Shown piece by piece: positions 19,901 to 29,657 of a DNA stretch of 64,000 nucleotides. Where the stretch lies: contig CAWHBU010000002.1 of assembly GCA_963827685.1 (NCBI GenBank), forward strand, positions 320,001-384,000. The letters are read 5' to 3'. The stretch is from an uncultured delta proteobacterium. GTDB lineage: Bacteria > Desulfobacterota > BSN033 > UBA1163. A program made the translations under genes and the position numbers. Below the pieces are notes generated by a model. The model did no database searches. It was not told the origin of the DNA and saw only the letters and a list, made by a program, of their open reading frames with translations. Position 1 is the first letter of the stretch; every line of letters starts with the position of its first letter.

Positions 19901-22900
19901 CGTCAGGGGGCTCTGTCACGCCAGCGAGCCAGACCGCGGGCTATGGCGGCACGGTGACCTTCAGCGTCGCAACGAATAATGGCTATACGGCTTCGGTCTC
20001 TGAAGGGACGCTGGTGGGCGCTACCTGGACGATTACGAACGTCACCACGAGTCATACAGCGACCGTTACGTTCACCGCTATTACCTATACGGTGACAGCT
20101 TCAGTGGTTAACTCGTCAGGGGGCTCTGTCACGCCAGCGAGCCAGACTGCGGGCTACGGCGGCACGGTGACCTTCAGCGTCGCAACGAATAATGGCTATA
20201 CGGCTTTGGTCTCTGAAGGGACGCTGGTGGGCGCTACCTGGACGATTACGAACGTCACCACGAGTCATACAGCGACCGTTACGTTCACCGCTATTACCTA
20301 TACGGTGACAGCTTCAGTGGTTACCCCGTCAGGGGGCTCTGTCACGCCAGCGAGCCAGACCGCGGGCTACGGCGGCACGGTGACCTTCAGCGTCGCAACG
20401 AATAATGGCTATACGGCTTCGGTCTCTGAAGGGACGCTGGTGGGCGCTACCTGGACGATTACGAACGTCACCACGAGTCATACAGCGACCGTTACGTTCA
20501 CCGCTATTACCTATACGGTGACAGCTTCAGTGGTTACCCCGTCAGGGGGCTCTGTCACGCCAGCGAGCCAGACCGCGGGCTACGGCGGCACGGTGACCTT
20601 CAGCGTCGCAACGAATAATGGCTATACGGCTTCGGTCTCTGAAGGGACGCTGGTGGGCGCTACCTGGACGATTACGAACGTCACCACGAGTCATACAGCG
20701 ACCGTTACGTTCACCGCTATTACCTATACGGTGACAGCTTCAGTGGTTACCCCGTCAGGGGGCTCGGTCACGCCAGCGAGCCAGACCGCGGGCTACGGCG
20801 GCACGGTGACCTTCACAGTGACAACGAATAATGGCTATACGGCTTCGGTCTCTGAAGGGAGCCTGGTGGGCAGTACCTGGACGATTACGAACGTCACCAC
20901 GAGTCATACAGCGACCGTTACGTTCACCGCTATTACCTACACGGTGACAGCCTCAGTCGTTAACTCGTCAGGGGGCTCGGTCACGCCAGCGAGCCAGACC
21001 GCGGGCTACGGCGGCACGGTGACCTTCACAGTGACAACGAATAATGGCTATACGGCTTCGGTCTCTGAAGGGAGCCTGGTGGGCGCTACCTGGACGATTA
21101 CGAACGTCACCACGAGTCATACAGCGACCGTTACGTTCACCGCTATTACCTACACGGTGACAGCTTCAGTCGTTAACTCGTCAGGGGGCTCGGTCACGCC
21201 AGCGAGCCAGACCGCGGGCTACGGCGGCACGGTGACCTTCACAGTGACAACGAATAATGGCTATACGGCTTCGGTCTCTGAAGGGAGCCTGGTGGGCGCT
21301 ACCTGGACGATTACGAACGTCACCACGAGTCATACAGCGACCGTTACGTTCACCGCTATTACCTACACGGTGACAGCTTCAGTCGTTAACTCGTCAGGGG
21401 GCTCGGTCACGCCAGCGAGCCAGACCGCGGGCTACAACGGCACGGTGACCTTCACAGTGACAACGAATAATGGCTATACGGCTTCGGTCTCTGAAGGGAG
21501 CCTGGTGGGCGCTACCTGGACGATTACGAACGTCACCACGAGTCATACAGCGACCGTTACTTTCACCGCTATTACCTACACGGTGACAGCTTCAGTTGTT
21601 ACCCCGTCAGGGGGCTCTGTTGCGCCAGCGAGCCAGACCGCGGGCTACAACGGCACGGTGACCTTCACCGTGACAACGAATAATGGCTATACGGCTTCGG
21701 TCTCTGAAGGGACGCTGGTGGGCAGTACCTGGACGATTACGAACGTCACCACGAGTCATACAGCGACCGTTACGTTCACCATTAATACCTACACCCTGAC
21801 CTACGATGCGGGGGCCAACGGCACGATCAGTGGGAGCAGTCCCCAGACAGTCAGCTACGGTGGAAGCGGGACAGCGGTGACGGCGGTTCCGGCCACGGGC
21901 TATCACTTTGTCCAGTGGAGCGACGGTTTAACAACCGCCTCGCGTACCGATACCAACGTCAAAGCGAATATTACGGTGACGGCCATCTTTGCCATTAATA
22001 CCTACACCCTGACCTACAATGCGGCGGCGCACGGCTCGATCAGTGGGAGCAGTCCCCAGACAGTCAGCTACGGCGGAAGTGGGACAGCGGTGACAGCGGT
22101 TCCGGCCACGGGCTATCACTTTGTCCAGTGGAGCGACGGTTTAACAACCGCCTCGCGTACCGATACGTACGTCACAGCGAACATTACGGTGATGGCCAGG
22201 TTTGCCATTAATATGTATGATGATTTTAACGGGGATGGTAAGTCAGATTTAGCTGGGATCGCTTCGAATGGACATATTTATTATACGACGGATCTTCAGA
22301 CCTGGACTCGAATCCTAGGGGCGCTTTCGCAATTGGTGATTGGGGATTTTAATGGGGATGGTCTAGCTGATTTAGCTGGGATCAATTCGAATGGGTCTAT
22401 TTATTATACGACGGATCTTCAGACCTGGACTCAAATCCCGGGAGTGCTTTCGCAATTGGTGATGGGGGATTTTAATGGGGATGGTAAGTCAGGTTTAGCT
22501 GGGATCAATTCGAATGGCTCTATTTATTATACGACGGATCTTCGGACCTGGACTCAAATCCCAGGGGTACTTTCGCAGTTGGTGGTGGGGGATTTTAATG
22601 GGGATGGTAAGTCAGGTTTAGCTGGGATCAATTCGAATGGGTCTATTTATTATACGACGGATCTTCGGACCTGGACTCAAATCCCAGGGGTACTTTCGCA
22701 GTTGGTGGTGGGGGATTTTAATGGGGATGGCCTAGCTGATTTAGCTGGGATCAATTCGAACGGATCTATTTATTATACGACGGACCTTCAGACCTGGACT
22801 CAAATCCCAGGGGTGCTTGAGGAATTGGTGGTGGGGGATTTTAATGGGGATGGCCTAGCTGATTTAGCTGGGATCAATTCGAACGGATCTATTTATTATA

Positions 22901-23082
22901 CGACGGATCTTGAGACCTGGACTCAAATCCCAGGGGTGCTTGAGGAATTGGTGGTTGGGGATTTTAATGGGGATGGTAAGTCAGATTTAGCTGGGATCAA
23001 TTCGAATGGCTCTATTTATTATACGACGGATCTTGAGACCTGGACTCAAATCCCAGGAGTGCTTTCAGAATTAGCCAAATAG
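16940..23082 (+). CDS. Giant secreted protein (~2050 aa) split by a 1-bp frameshift near 18633: PIG-L/LmbE deacetylase, PKD-like, discoidin-like, 17 InlB-B-like repeats, 7 FG-GAP/VCBS repeats
   Basis: Signal peptide; HPDD and HPDH Zn motifs; PVPNAGTDQTV; first repeat reads GGGGGTCT where later copies read GGGGGCTC. Confidence 0.85.
18596..21789 (+). repeat. 15 tandem near-identical 213-bp (71-aa) coding repeats, followed by 2 divergent 213-bp repeats to ~22215
   Basis: Unit starts at 18596, 18808, 19021 ... 21577 with 213-bp spacing. Confidence 0.95.
22222..23082 (+). repeat. 7 x 123-bp (41-aa) FG-GAP-like repeats
   Basis: DFNGDGKSDLAGINSNGSIYYTTDLQTWTQIPGVLSQLVVG. Confidence 0.95.
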
Positions 23083-23341
23083 AGGCTTGGGTGGACGCAT
23101 GGGAGGAGACATCCTATATTATTTCTGTCAAGAGAAAAAGTAAGAAAAATAAAACCTTTAAAAACAACAGATTCTAAATGACCGCTTGTCGCTGAGAACA
23201 CTTCTCCTGTCAAATTACTTCAAAGATTCTCTTGTTCTGGTTTCGACGAATTTCTCGCCCATAACGAACTCTGAATCTCAGCGTTATCATTATCCGGTGT
23301 GCCACACCCTGGTGGCCACCAAGCATCCTTTATCCAGATCC

Positions 23342-23740
23342 TTACAGTTTGGCCCTTACCCATGAGAATACCTCTTTTATCTCTTTCAACTTTTTATAGG
23401 GGTATAGGCTTTAGTGCATTTCTTATAGAACGCTTTATTTGCATCAGGCTATTGCGCCTCGAAATGAAATTCCATAAATTCACGTAGCTTGATGAGTATT
23501 CTTTCAGGGATCTTAACTCCTGATTTTTTTGCTAAGTAGGGAAGCGAATGGCTAAATGGAGCGTGTGTTTTTGTATATTTCACAACAAATGCCTTGAGAA
23601 GCTTTTCCAGTGATAGATGTCCCATGAAAAGTGGATATGGATACTTTTTTGCTCTTAAACATTGCATTGGCGACGCGCAAATCGTATTTAGCACCTTCAA
23701 GCCAGTAAGATAGTGTTTTCTCTATATCAAATGCTTTCAT
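23342..23740 (-). pseudogene. HEPN-domain protein, degraded
   Basis: YWLEGAKYDL..KKYPYPLFMGHLSLEKLLKA..SHSLPYLA..EAQ*PD; two frameshifts and a stop. Confidence 0.7.
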
Positions 23741-24022
23741 TATTTTACGGGATTCTTTCGGTTGTTCTGCTGACATCCAATATACCCGAATCTCATTTGA
23801 ATGGCAAGGAGCTTGATGATTTCTCGAGATTCGCCGTTTTCGCTTTAGGGGCCTACAACTCTTAGGGGAGTATTTGGTTTTAATCAGCAAGGGTTGGAAA
23901 GAGCTCAATGCGGATAGGCCCACTCATTTGAGAAAATAATTTCCAAAAAATTTTAGATCTAATCCCTCCATATTGGCAGTTGAAAAGTATTTTCTTCTTT
24001 CAACTGTCACAAATAAAGACAC

Positions 24023-24056
24023 AAAAAAAGCCGGCAAGGTCCTTGCTGGCTTTTTT
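24023..24056. terminator. Bidirectional intrinsic terminator
   Basis: AAAAAAAGCCGGCAAGG-T-CCTTGCTGGCTTTTTT, downstream of the PEP-CTERM gene. Confidence 0.8.
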
Positions 24057-24075
24057 ATTAAGTGCTCAGGGGCTT

Positions 24076-24285
24076 TCATTTGTCCTTTGACTTCAAGACC
24101 TTTTTTCTTAACATAATACCCACTCCAAGCATTCCGAAACCCAAAAGGAATATGCTTACAGGTTCGGGGACTACTGATGCTATTGCGGTTTTGTCGGCTA
24201 TATGATGATTGATCGTATAGCTAAAAGCTTGATATGAAAAAAGCAGAATTAAAAACATACACCCGAACAAAAGCATTTTCTTCAC
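24076..24285 (-). CDS. Very short PEP-CTERM sorting-domain protein
   Basis: Signal peptide, VPEP, TM helix, RKK tail; AGGAGAAAG RBS. Confidence 0.85.
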   Translation of the reverse strand: MKKMLLFGCMFLILLFSYQAFSYTINHHIADKTAIASVVPEPVSIFLLGFGMLGVGIMLRKKVLKSKDK

Positions 24286-24427
24286 TTTCTCCTCCTATCC
24301 TGGATCCGGGGTTGATCCATAAGTATAATGGTATTCCCGGAACATCTACCAGCAGCGACTATTTGTTATTCTCTCTGTTTATTCAGTTCTTTGTCTTGCA
24401 AATTTTTTATAGATTATAGGTTAAACT

Positions 24428-24533
24428 TGCAAATTTAGGGCCAGACATGCATTAAGTTATAACTAATTGTTTTTATAAGTTTATTTAATTTTGTCAATCT
24501 CCAACCATCATGGAAAGTGGAAGGAGTTTTCTC
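24428..24533 (-). promoter_or_regulatory. Sigma-54 promoter (24443-24428) with IHF-like site (24472-24460) and candidate enhancer (24533-24517)
   Basis: Minus strand TGGCCCT-AAAT-TTGCA; AAACAATTAGTTA; GAGAAAACTCCTTCCAC. Confidence 0.7.
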
Positions 24534-24808
24534 TTTTTTACCGATTGCTTTCCACAAAAAGTTGAAGAGTCTTTCCTATGTATCAAGAGCCCGTGAAGTG
24601 CATAGTGCATAGAGCATAGGGTAGATGCTCGTTTTAGGGGTAAGGCGTAAAAGGGTAAGGCGAAAAATCTTTCACCCACTCACGCCCTCGCAATTTACGG
24701 CTCGGGTGAGAAGGTGTTACCGTGGTGCGGTGTTGCAGTGGGGTTAAGATCACAAGGATTCAAGGTATCGAGGGGTCAAAGATTCAAGTGGCAAGACAAA
24801 TATAAGTG

Positions 24809-24860
24809 TTGTCACGATTTTGTCACGATTCTTGCATTTATCAACGAATCTTGGTAATAT
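24809..24860 (+). promoter_or_regulatory. 11-bp direct repeat followed by a sigma-70-like promoter
   Basis: TTGTCACGATT x2, then TTGCAT-17 nt-TAATAT with TG extension. Confidence 0.5.
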
Positions 24861-24900
24861 GCCTCCAGCCCTTAAACTATTTTACGAGTCAGTTGTTTAT

Positions 24901-25084
24901 CCGCCTACGCAGAAGACCACGGCCTTTGGCCGTGGATGAATGCGTAAATCGTTGCAGAATCTATCATAAGTGGAGGTTCGGCTGCTCCGGCGGATTTCGC
25001 TGTTGGCGGATAACCCGCCGAAGCCTTGGCGTAGGCGGGTATCTCACGGAGGGACCACGGGCTTTGCCCGTGGGGCTCCATCAC
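24901..25084 (+). mobile_element. Non-autonomous IS200/IS605-type (PATE-like) element
   Basis: Preceded by TTTAT, ends TCAC; subterminal hairpins CCACGGCCTTTGGCCGTGG and CCACGGGCTTTGCCCGTGG; no TIR, TSD or transposase. Confidence 0.65.
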
Positions 25085-25098
25085 ATGAGGGAAGGATA

Positions 25099-25713
25099 AT
25101 GTCATTCAAGTACGGGATATTATGTATTGCTCTTTTCATTATTGTTCTCTTCCTCGCTATCAAGACTTATGATGCACTGACCCATCCTCTGAATCTGACG
25201 CTTGATAAGAGAGCAGCGAAAAAACCAGTGCCAAGAGCGGAGAATTCCCCAGCGATGGGAGTCGTAAAAAACCCCACATCCGCAGCATCCTATAATTTGA
25301 TCGCTGAGAAAAATATTTTTAGCCCGGAAAGAAAAGATTTCCAGCGGACGGGGCCCGGTTCCGCGTTGAATACTGTAGCAAGGCCTCAGGTCATCTTGTA
25401 TGGGGTCACGATTGCCGGGAATTACCAATCTGCCTCGCTGGTCAATCCTGGCAGATCCCTGAAAAAAGGGGAGAGGGATCTGATGACTTTAAAATTGGGG
25501 GAACAAATTGGGGAGTATAAGCTGACAAAAGTATTATCTGACCGGATCACTTTAGAGGCGCAGGGGGATAGCTTTGAAGTTCTTCTCTACGATCCCAAGG
25601 TGCCAAAGAAAAGAGAGGGTGGGCCTCCGGGGGTCCCTTCTCCAGCATTGACTCCAACGGGTACTCCAAGACCTTTTGTTCGCAGAGAGACAGCGCAACG
25701 ACCGAGAGAATAG
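25099..25713 (+). CDS. Type II secretion GspC/PilP-like membrane-anchored protein; Pro-rich tail (to 25998) degraded
   Basis: N-terminal TM, IAEKNIFSPER, LYGV, GEQIGEYKLTKVLSDRITL. Confidence 0.55.
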   Translation: MSFKYGILCIALFIIVLFLAIKTYDALTHPLNLTLDKRAAKKPVPRAENSPAMGVVKNPTSAASYNLIAEKNIFSPERKDFQRTGPGSALNTVARPQVILYGVTIAGNYQSASLVNPGRSLKKGERDLMTLKLGEQIGEYKLTKVLSDRITLEAQGDSFEVLLYDPKVPKKREGGPPGVPSPALTPTGTPRPFVRRETAQRPRE

Positions 25714-26252
25714 ACTCAGGAGAAGACTTCCCCTTCCCAGATGCCTGAGCCGGTGCTTCCTTCCGTCAGCCCTTGAACGACCCCCCGGGCCTTACTCCCA
25801 CAGCAATGCCTGGGCCGACTCCCAGGCCAATCCCTGGGCCTGCTCCCACACCAACGCAAACTCCTACTCCTTATGATACCAACCCCGATTGTGCCTCCGT
25901 TTACTCCTACACCTTTGACTCCACCCTCTGGAATGGGCCAGCCAATTCCTCTGCCATCCGGAGTCCCAATGCAACCGCCATCATCAGGAGGGAATTGAAA
26001 AGAGGAGTCCTCAGCAAATGCGATCGGCGAGAATCGCATTCTCATACCCTTCAATCCTCTCTGCATTCCTCCGGTCATTTCTCCCTTCTTTGATCCCTTA
26101 ATAATTGGCGATTAGTCTTTTGTCACAACATTGTCAGTGGCTTGCAAAATTGTACCAAGATAGAGTGATAAAAATAAATCCATCCTTTACCCCGTTTAAT
26201 TCTAATTAATCCCATTTCTCTTGATAAAAAACAAAAATTGGTAGTCACTGCA

Positions 26253-26268
26253 TGGCATTCTTATTGCT
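26253..26268 (+). promoter_or_regulatory. Sigma-54 promoter
   Basis: TGGCATT-CTTA-TTGCT. Confidence 0.7.
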
Positions 26269-26596
26269 ACTCTTAGCCAACAACACATCTCTCAAACGGC
26301 ATCAGCTAACGCATCAACTAAAAGGGAAGATCAGGTAAGCAATGGGTGGTCAATTTTTTCAGTAGTGCTTAGGGTGTTTCTTTGATCGCTTTGGATGCCA
26401 CTTTGAACCCGCTTCAACTCGGAACCTAACTGTATAAGAACAATGAAGAATAATTATTAGAAAATTCTAACTTGACTTTGTTATTCCAATGATGGAAAGA
26501 AATTACATAATAGTGGCAAATCATTTCCAGTCCATTTGATTTTTTGGAGGGAAGAAAAATATTTTGTACCGAAAAAGGATTAAATGGAGGTAAATC

Positions 26597-27856
26597 ATGT
26601 CAAACGGAAGAAACATATTAGATAAAAGATTCTTAGACTTCTCCATAAAGACGATGAAAGTCTTTTTGTTCATTCTATTTTTTACACTCCCCCTAATAAC
26701 ATTTCGATTCGGATGGGCTGCTCAGATAAAATTGGCATGGGATCCAAACACTGATCCTGATCTGGCGGGCTATAATATTTATTTTGGCACTTCGCCTCGG
26801 ACTGGCACCGACCCGAAGGTTTGCGGGCTGTGCGGCTATTCAACCAAGATTGCTGCTGGAAATGTAACAGCTTTTAGAACAATTGACCTCACTCCCGGGC
26901 AGAATTATTATATCTCTGCTACAGCCTATGATACATCCAATAATGAGAGTGTTTTTTCAAATGAGGTGAGTGGAATTGCAAGAGGAACCAAGGATGATTT
27001 TAATGGAGATGACCTTTCTGATTTAGTTGGGATCAATTCGAATGGCTTTATTTTTTATACGACGGACCTTCTGGCATGGACTCAAATTCCAGGAGTGCTC
27101 TCGCAGTTGGTGGTTGGGGATTTTAATGGGGATGGCAAGTCAGATTTAGCTGGGATCAATTCGAATGGACATATTTATTATACGACGAATCTTCAGACCT
27201 GGACTCAAATCCCAGGAGTGTTTTCGCAGTTGGTGGTTGGGGATTTTAATGGGGATGGCAAGTCAGATTTAGCTGGGATCGATTCGAATGGACATATTTT
27301 TTATACGACGGATCTTCGGACCTGGACTCAAATCCCAGGAGTGCTCTCGCAGTTGGTGGTTGGGGATTTTAACGGGGATGGCAAGTCAGATTTAGCTGGG
27401 ATCGCCTCGAATGGATCTATTTATTATACGACAAATCTTAAGACCTGGACTCAAATCCCAGGGGTGCTCTCGCAGTTGGTGGTTGGGGATTTTAACGGGG
27501 ATGGCAAGTCAGATTTAGCTGGGATCGCTTCGAACGGATCTATTTTTTATACGACGGATCTTAAGACCTGGACTCAAATCCCAGGGGTGCTTTCGCAGTT
27601 GGTGGTTGGGGATTTTAATGGGGATGGCCTACCTGATTTAGCTGGGATCAATTCGAATGGGTCTATTTTTTATACGACGGATCTTAAGACCTGGACTCAA
27701 ATCCCAGGGGTACTTTCGCAGTTGGTGGTTGGGTATTATAATGGGGGTAGCAAGTCAGATTTAGCTGGGATCAATTTGCATGGCTATATTTATTATACGA
27801 CGAATCTTCAGACCTGGACTCAAATCCCAGGGGTGCTTGGGGAATTTGGAGAATAG
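26597..27856 (+). CDS. Secreted fibronectin type III plus 7 FG-GAP repeat protein
   Basis: LAWDPNTDPDLAGYNIY..YYISATAYDTSNNES..SNEV; 7 x 41-aa repeats from 26996. Confidence 0.85.
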   Translation: MSNGRNILDKRFLDFSIKTMKVFLFILFFTLPLITFRFGWAAQIKLAWDPNTDPDLAGYNIYFGTSPRTGTDPKVCGLCGYSTKIAAGNVTAFRTIDLTPGQNYYISATAYDTSNNESVFSNEVSGIARGTKDDFNGDDLSDLVGINSNGFIFYTTDLLAWTQIPGVLSQLVVGDFNGDGKSDLAGINSNGHIYYTTNLQTWTQIPGVFSQLVVGDFNGDGKSDLAGIDSNGHIFYTTDLRTWTQIPGVLSQLVVGDFNGDGKSDLAGIASNGSIYYTTNLKTWTQIPGVLSQLVVGDFNGDGKSDLAGIASNGSIFYTTDLKTWTQIPGVLSQLVVGDFNGDGLPDLAGINSNGSIFYTTDLKTWTQIPGVLSQLVVGYYNGGSKSDLAGINLHGYIYYTTNLQTWTQIPGVLGEFGE

Positions 27857-27899
27857 AGGTTTTCACGCTTCTTGAGTTTGTTTTTGATAATAGATTATA

Positions 27900-28110
27900 A
27901 GTATATTTTCCATCGCTGTAATTTCCGCTTTTCTCCTTTAATTTATGAATCTTTTTACCTATCACTTCTTAGTTGACGGAGATATTGGTAGCCCTTCACC
28001 TTCATGAGCATGGGCTCAAATCCAAAAGAGCAGCGGCTAACCGTCGGTGCTTCTGATCGCCGTCCTTCCAATACTCAACCTTATATATCTCCTGTCCAAT
28101 TGCGTCCGGG
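27900..28110 (-). pseudogene. IS256-family transposase C-terminal remnant (approximate limits)
   Basis: VEYWKDGDQKHRRLAAALLD / EPMLMKVKGYQYLRQLR across a frameshift. Confidence 0.5.
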
Positions 28111-28363
28111 AAGCGTCCACCTTTGGGCAGAAGGCTTCCAAAAGGGAAGTGCCCAAAGAGGAAGAGATAGTAAGAAAACCTTGACATAAGTATCAATTTA
28201 TGTTTAAAAAGGAAAATTGTGGATGTGTTCGAAACGGAATATTAAAGAGAAACAGTTGTTCTTGGACACGAAGTTTTAGAATTTAGGAGTGGGGGGAAAT
28301 CGAATAATCCTTAGCGGCCAAAAACAAAGCCCCTATAGTTCTAAAGACTCAATATACAAGAAT

Positions 28364-28610
28364 CTTCAGATCCACCATCATCGAAGTGAGCATTGGGGGT
28401 CGGTTTTGAAACGGCCAGGGTGACAGGGGGAAAGAGATTTTTGATGTCCACCCCAGCGAGGGTAGGTTTGTTCCCATTTCAGCAAGACCCCCTTTAGAAA
28501 GTTCAGGTCTTATTCCCCTTCGGATCATTGAAGTTCAGAACGCTGATGATGTGGCAGAGGATACTATTGAAAGGCTGGAAGATGAATATGGGAGGGAATT
28601 AAAAACATGA
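28364..28610 (+). pseudogene. ManC/mannose-6-phosphate isomerase cupin C-terminal remnant
   Basis: LQIHHHRSEHW / TARVT / IPLRIIEVQN..EDTIERLEDEYGR, frameshifted. Confidence 0.75.
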
Positions 28611-28631
28611 AGTCATTATTTTAGGAGAGAA

Positions 28632-29630
28632 ATGAAGACTGCTTTGATTACTGGTATAACAGGCCAAGATGGCTCCTATCTTGCTGAGTTTCTACTCTCC
28701 ATGGGTTACAAGGTTCATGGAATCGTCAGGAGGGTAGCTATCGAAGACCCGGAGCATAGGCTCTGGCGGATAAGGCATATTCTCGACAAAATAGTTTTAC
28801 ATGCCGCTTCACTCGAAAGCTTTGCGAGCATATTTAATGTGGTAGACAAAGTAAAACCTCATGAATGTTATCATCTGTCAGCTCAGAGCTTTGTAAGCTA
28901 TTCCTTTGAGGATGAATTTTCTACCATTAACACAAATATCAATGGGACCCATTTCGTACTAGCTGCCATCAAGCAAAGAGCCCCTCAGTGTAAGATTTAT
29001 TTTGCTGCATCCAGTGAGATGTTCGGGAATGCCAGAGAAACACCCCAAAATGAAAGTACTCCATTTAATCCTCGGTCACCCTATGGCATTTCGAAAGTCG
29101 CGGGTTTCAATTTAACTCAAAATTATAGGGAAGCTTATGGCCTTTATGCCTCGAGCGGCATTCTTTTCAATCATGAATCGCCAAGAAGAGGATATGAGTT
29201 TGTGACCAGAAAAGTGACAAACACGGTTGCTAAGATCAAATTAGGTTTAGCTAAAGAATTAAGGCTCGGTAACCTTGAAGCGAAGAGGGATTGGGGTTAT
29301 GCCGGGGATTACGTTAAAGCTATGTGGCTTATGTTACAGCAAGAAAGACCGGAGGATTATGTAATCGCTACAGGTGAGGCTCATTCGATAACAGATTTTT
29401 TAGAAATAGCCTTTAGTTACGTTGGTCTTGAGTGGAAGGATTATGTGGTTATCGATGGAATATTCCATCGTCCAGCAGAAATAAACGAACTCAAGGGAGA
29501 TTTTAGCAAAGCGAAAAAGAAACTTGGCTGGGAACCAAAGGTGTCATTTAAAGAACTCGTCCAGATGATGATCGATGCCGATATGGAGGAGCTGAAGTCC
29601 AAATCTAATATCCGAAATCACATCACTTAG
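28632..29630 (+). CDS. gmd: GDP-mannose 4,6-dehydratase
   Basis: GITGQDGSYLAE, PRSPYGISK, LFNHESPRRG, RDWG. Confidence 0.95.
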   Translation: MKTALITGITGQDGSYLAEFLLSMGYKVHGIVRRVAIEDPEHRLWRIRHILDKIVLHAASLESFASIFNVVDKVKPHECYHLSAQSFVSYSFEDEFSTINTNINGTHFVLAAIKQRAPQCKIYFAASSEMFGNARETPQNESTPFNPRSPYGISKVAGFNLTQNYREAYGLYASSGILFNHESPRRGYEFVTRKVTNTVAKIKLGLAKELRLGNLEAKRDWGYAGDYVKAMWLMLQQERPEDYVIATGEAHSITDFLEIAFSYVGLEWKDYVVIDGIFHRPAEINELKGDFSKAKKKLGWEPKVSFKELVQMMIDADMEELKSKSNIRNHIT

Positions 29631-29657
29631 ATAGGTCATGAAAAACTCTATGAGTCA

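Noticed and set aside
18596-23082. Repeat variation as a diversity-generating retroelement target
   Set aside because: Differences are not confined to adenines; no template repeat or intact RT in the window.
24806-25105. Short ORFs and the N-terminal extension of ORF 24970
   Set aside because: They fall in the palindromic element; the RBS-supported start is ATG 25099.
25711-25780. TAG/TGA readthrough (pyrrolysine, selenocysteine or recoding)
   Set aside because: Frameshifts accompany the stops, and other genes terminate normally at TAG and TGA.
26270-26590. Riboswitch (e.g. c-di-GMP) in the long leader
   Set aside because: Some pairing potential, but no recognisable aptamer consensus by eye; needs an Rfam scan.
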